Shown here piece by piece: positions 55,355 to 64,000 of a stretch of DNA of 64,000 bases (its first letter is position 1; the number at the start of each line of letters is the position of its first letter). This DNA comes from an uncultured Acidimicrobiia bacterium (GTDB lineage Bacteria > Actinomycetota > Acidimicrobiia > Acidimicrobiales > AC-14). The stretch spans positions 352,001 to 416,000 of the forward strand of contig CAWIIV010000006.1 in the NCBI GenBank assembly GCA_963836205.1, written 5' to 3'. A model generated the notes under the pieces. That model saw nothing but the letters and a program-made list of their open reading frames with translations. It searched no databases and was not told the DNA's origin. The position numbers and the translations under genes are program-made.

Positions 55355-56185
55355 ATGCGCGTGCGGTTCTGCGGGGTGCGGGGTTCGACGTCGGCGCCGG
55401 GGGCCGAGTTCGTCCGCTACGGGGGCCACACCTCGTGCGTGGCCCTGGCCCACGACGGCGCCCGTCCGAGCCTCGTCCTCGACGGCGGCACCGGCCTCCA
55501 GAACCTGACCCGCCACCTCGACGGGCACCCGTTCCAGGGAACGATCCTCCTCGGCCACCTCCACTGGGACCACACCCACGGGCTGCCGTTCTTCGCCGCC
55601 GGCGTCCAGCCGGGCAGCGAGGTCACGGTCGTCATGCCCGCCCAGGGCGACCCCGAAGAGGTGCTGGCCCGGGCCTTCTCGCCGCCCCACTTCCCGGTCA
55701 CGGCCGCCGAGCTCACCGGGAGCTGGCGGATCACGTCCTGCGACGTGGGCGACCACGTCCTCGAGGGGTTCCGGGTGGTGGCGGCCGAGATCCCCCACAA
55801 GGGCGGCCGCACGTTCGGGTTCCGGATCACCGACGGCGCCGCCACCATCGCCTACCTGTCCGACCACAGCCCGGTCACGATGGGCGAGGGTCCCTACGGC
55901 CTGGGCGCCTACCACCCGGCGGCCATGTACCTGGCCCGGGGCGCCGACGTCCTCATCCACGACGCCCAGCACACGGCGGCCGAGTTCCCCTCGGTGAGCT
56001 TCCTCGGCCACGCCGCCGTCGAGTACGCGGTGGGCCTGGCCGAGGCGGCCGGCGTCCGCACCCTGGTGCTCTTCCACCACGACCCGTGCCGCACCGACGA
56101 CCAGCTCGACGCCGTCGTCGCCGCCCACCAGGGCGGATCGGTCGAAGTCGTCGCCGCCGCCGAGGGGATGGTCCTCGACCTCTGA
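55355..56185 (+). CDS. MBL-fold metallo-hydrolase
   Basis: GVRGS, YGGHTSCV, DGGTG, HLHWDHTHG and LFHHDP. Confidence 0.9.
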   Translation: MRVRFCGVRGSTSAPGAEFVRYGGHTSCVALAHDGARPSLVLDGGTGLQNLTRHLDGHPFQGTILLGHLHWDHTHGLPFFAAGVQPGSEVTVVMPAQGDPEEVLARAFSPPHFPVTAAELTGSWRITSCDVGDHVLEGFRVVAAEIPHKGGRTFGFRITDGAATIAYLSDHSPVTMGEGPYGLGAYHPAAMYLARGADVLIHDAQHTAAEFPSVSFLGHAAVEYAVGLAEAAGVRTLVLFHHDPCRTDDQLDAVVAAHQGGSVEVVAAAEGMVLDL

Positions 56186-56190
56186 CAGGC

Positions 56191-56233
56191 TTCTGGAGGA
56201 AAAACGACACCTGATGTGGCATTTCCTCCAGAA
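56191..56233. terminator. 12-bp perfect inverted repeat between convergent genes
   Basis: TTCTGGAGGAAA ... TTTCCTCCAGAA. Confidence 0.6.
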
Positions 56234-56241
56234 CCCGCCGC

Positions 56242-57672
56242 TCAGCGGAGGTGCTGAAGGGCGGACTGGGCCGCCCACCAGCCGCACATGCCGTGGACGC
56301 CAGCCCCCGGCGGCGTGGACGCCGAGCAGAGGAAGGCGTTCATCCCCTCGATCGGCAGGCGGTAGGGGTCGAGGGCCAGGCGGGGCCGGGCGACCAGCTG
56401 GAGTCCGCCGTGGGAGCCGCCGGCCACGTCGCCGCCGACGTTGTTGGCGTTGTGGCGCTCGAGGTCGGCCGGGAACATGGTGTGGCGGGCGAGGACGAGG
56501 TCGCGGAAGCCGGGGGCGAAGCGCTCGATCTGGGCCTCGATGGCGGCGGTCATGTCGACGGTGGACCCGTGGGGGACGTGGCAGTAGGCCCAGAACGTGT
56601 GCTGGCCGGCGGGGGCCCGGGTCTCGTCGAAGCAGCTGGGCTGGGCGGTGAGGACGAAGGGGCGCTCCGGGTGGCGGCCCTGGGCCACGTCCCGCTCGGC
56701 TGCCGTGACTTCGTCGAGGGTGCCTCCGACGTGCACCGACCCGGCCCGGGCGCACCCTTCCGCGGCCCACGGCACCGGCCCGGACAGCGCGTAGTCGACC
56801 TTGAACGAGCCCGGTCCGTGGCGGTACCGGGTCAGCCGGCGGCGCTGGAGGCGGTGCAGCCGGAGGCCGGCGATGGCCGCCACCTGCCGGGGGTTGAGGT
56901 CGAACAGCACGGTCCGAGCCGGGGGCAGGTCGGCCAGCGACGTCACCCGCTGCCCGGTGACCACCTCGCCCCCCAGGGAGCGCAGGTAGGAGACGAGGGC
57001 GTCGGCGAGTCGCTGGGACCCCCCTCTGGCCGCAGGCCAGCCCACGGCGTGGCCGGAGGCGGTGAACGTCAGCCCGAACGACGAGGTGAGCGGGGCCCCG
57101 AGGTCGAGGATGGCGTGGGCCGCCATGCCCGCGAACAGGCCCCGGGCGGCATCGCCCTCGAACGCCCTCCGGGCGAGCGTCCGGGCCGGCCACAGGGCCT
57201 TCGACCCGAAGCGGGCGAGTGTCACCGGGTGACGGGGAAGGCGGATCATCGGACCGAGCACGGAGGAGGCGACGTCGTCCCACCGGTCGACGAACGGCTC
57301 CACCAGGCGGCGCCAGGCCCGGGCGTCGACACCGAGCCCGTCGGCCGTCGCCGCCAGCGAGCGCTCCAGCACGGCCGCGCGCCCGCCGGGCAGGGGATGG
57401 GCGGCCGGCGCCTCGGGATGGACCCACTCCAGGCCGTGGTCGGCGAGGGGGAGGTCGGCGAAGACGGGCGACGACACCCCGAGGGGGTGGATGGCGGAGC
57501 AGACGTCGTGGACGAAGCCGGGCAGGGTCAGGGCCGCCGACCGGCAGCCGCCACCAGGCCCGTCCTCCGCCTCCAGCACCAGCACCGAGCACCCGGCCCG
57601 GGCGAGGGTCACCGCGGCCGCCAGCCCGTTGGGGCCGGCCCCGACCACGACCGCGTCCGGCCCGTTGCTCAC
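56242..57672 (-). CDS. Phytoene desaturase-like NAD(P)/FAD-dependent oxidoreductase
   Basis: GAGPNGL, HDVCSAIHP and CSASTPPGAGVHGMCG. Confidence 0.9.
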   Translation of the reverse strand: MSNGPDAVVVGAGPNGLAAAVTLARAGCSVLVLEAEDGPGGGCRSAALTLPGFVHDVCSAIHPLGVSSPVFADLPLADHGLEWVHPEAPAAHPLPGGRAAVLERSLAATADGLGVDARAWRRLVEPFVDRWDDVASSVLGPMIRLPRHPVTLARFGSKALWPARTLARRAFEGDAARGLFAGMAAHAILDLGAPLTSSFGLTFTASGHAVGWPAARGGSQRLADALVSYLRSLGGEVVTGQRVTSLADLPPARTVLFDLNPRQVAAIAGLRLHRLQRRRLTRYRHGPGSFKVDYALSGPVPWAAEGCARAGSVHVGGTLDEVTAAERDVAQGRHPERPFVLTAQPSCFDETRAPAGQHTFWAYCHVPHGSTVDMTAAIEAQIERFAPGFRDLVLARHTMFPADLERHNANNVGGDVAGGSHGGLQLVARPRLALDPYRLPIEGMNAFLCSASTPPGAGVHGMCGWWAAQSALQHLR

Positions 57673-57821
57673 GCGGGCGATTTCCGGCTGACCTCAGCGC
57701 CGTCGGACACCCGCAGGTTCTGAACCCCGACGAACGCTACCGGGCTCATCGCGACCAGCCTTTCACCCTCCAGCGCGCCGCCCGTCGGCAGCCGGCCGCC
57801 GATGACGACCGCTGCGGGGCG

Positions 57822-59940
<2,119 letters not shown>

Positions 59941-60119
59941 GGTACCCCCGACCCCACCGACCTCATGCCCGACGGTCGAACTCCTCGCCGGGACGACGCC
60001 AGCCGAGGGGTGTCCGGCCGTCGCCGGTCATGACGTCGGCCCGCGCCGTGGTCCGGCGTGGCCACCTCGCCGACGTGGGCCTTTCGTCGGGACGGGTCCG
60101 TCGGGCATGATGACCGGCC

Positions 60120-64000
<3,881 letters not shown>

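Noticed and set aside
55170-55400. Integrative element at tRNA-Arg
   Set aside because: No integrase and no duplicated tRNA 3' end was seen in the window.

Overview
High-GC actinobacterial chromosome segment, probably Acidimicrobiia-like (inferred from gene order, the long Rho N-terminal insertion and the absence of thrB at its usual place; not proven). The left half (1-34 kb) is a surface-polysaccharide region. It has four SAM methyltransferases, a Wzx flippase, GT4 and GT2 glycosyltransferases, a Wzy-like membrane protein, WcaJ-like and WecA-like initiating transferases, DUF4012, two Wzc-like autokinases, an LMW phosphatase, cysC-cysD-cysN, a frameshifted nucleotide-sugar dehydrogenase and a decayed UDP-glucuronate epimerase. 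It is interleaved with secreted FG-GAP-repeat proteins and small Cys-containing surface proteins. The right half holds the conserved cluster tRNA-Arg / argS-lysA-hom-thrC...rho-rpmE-prfA-prmC-tsaC...ptp-glyA-wecA. Most striking, an apgM - cpgS - 2-phosphoglycerate kinase cassette sits between thrC and rho. It would give a complete route to the archaeal thermoprotectant cyclic 2,3-diphosphoglycerate, and its last gene overlaps the rho start. Other candidates for novelty are a membrane-anchored protein with six exact 15-aa PCx4C repeats, a paralogous coiled-coil pair with a 7-Cys N-terminal domain, a dispersed ~50-bp palindromic repeat family, and widespread leaderless-gene signatures. All calls are from motif recognition only; no searches were run.
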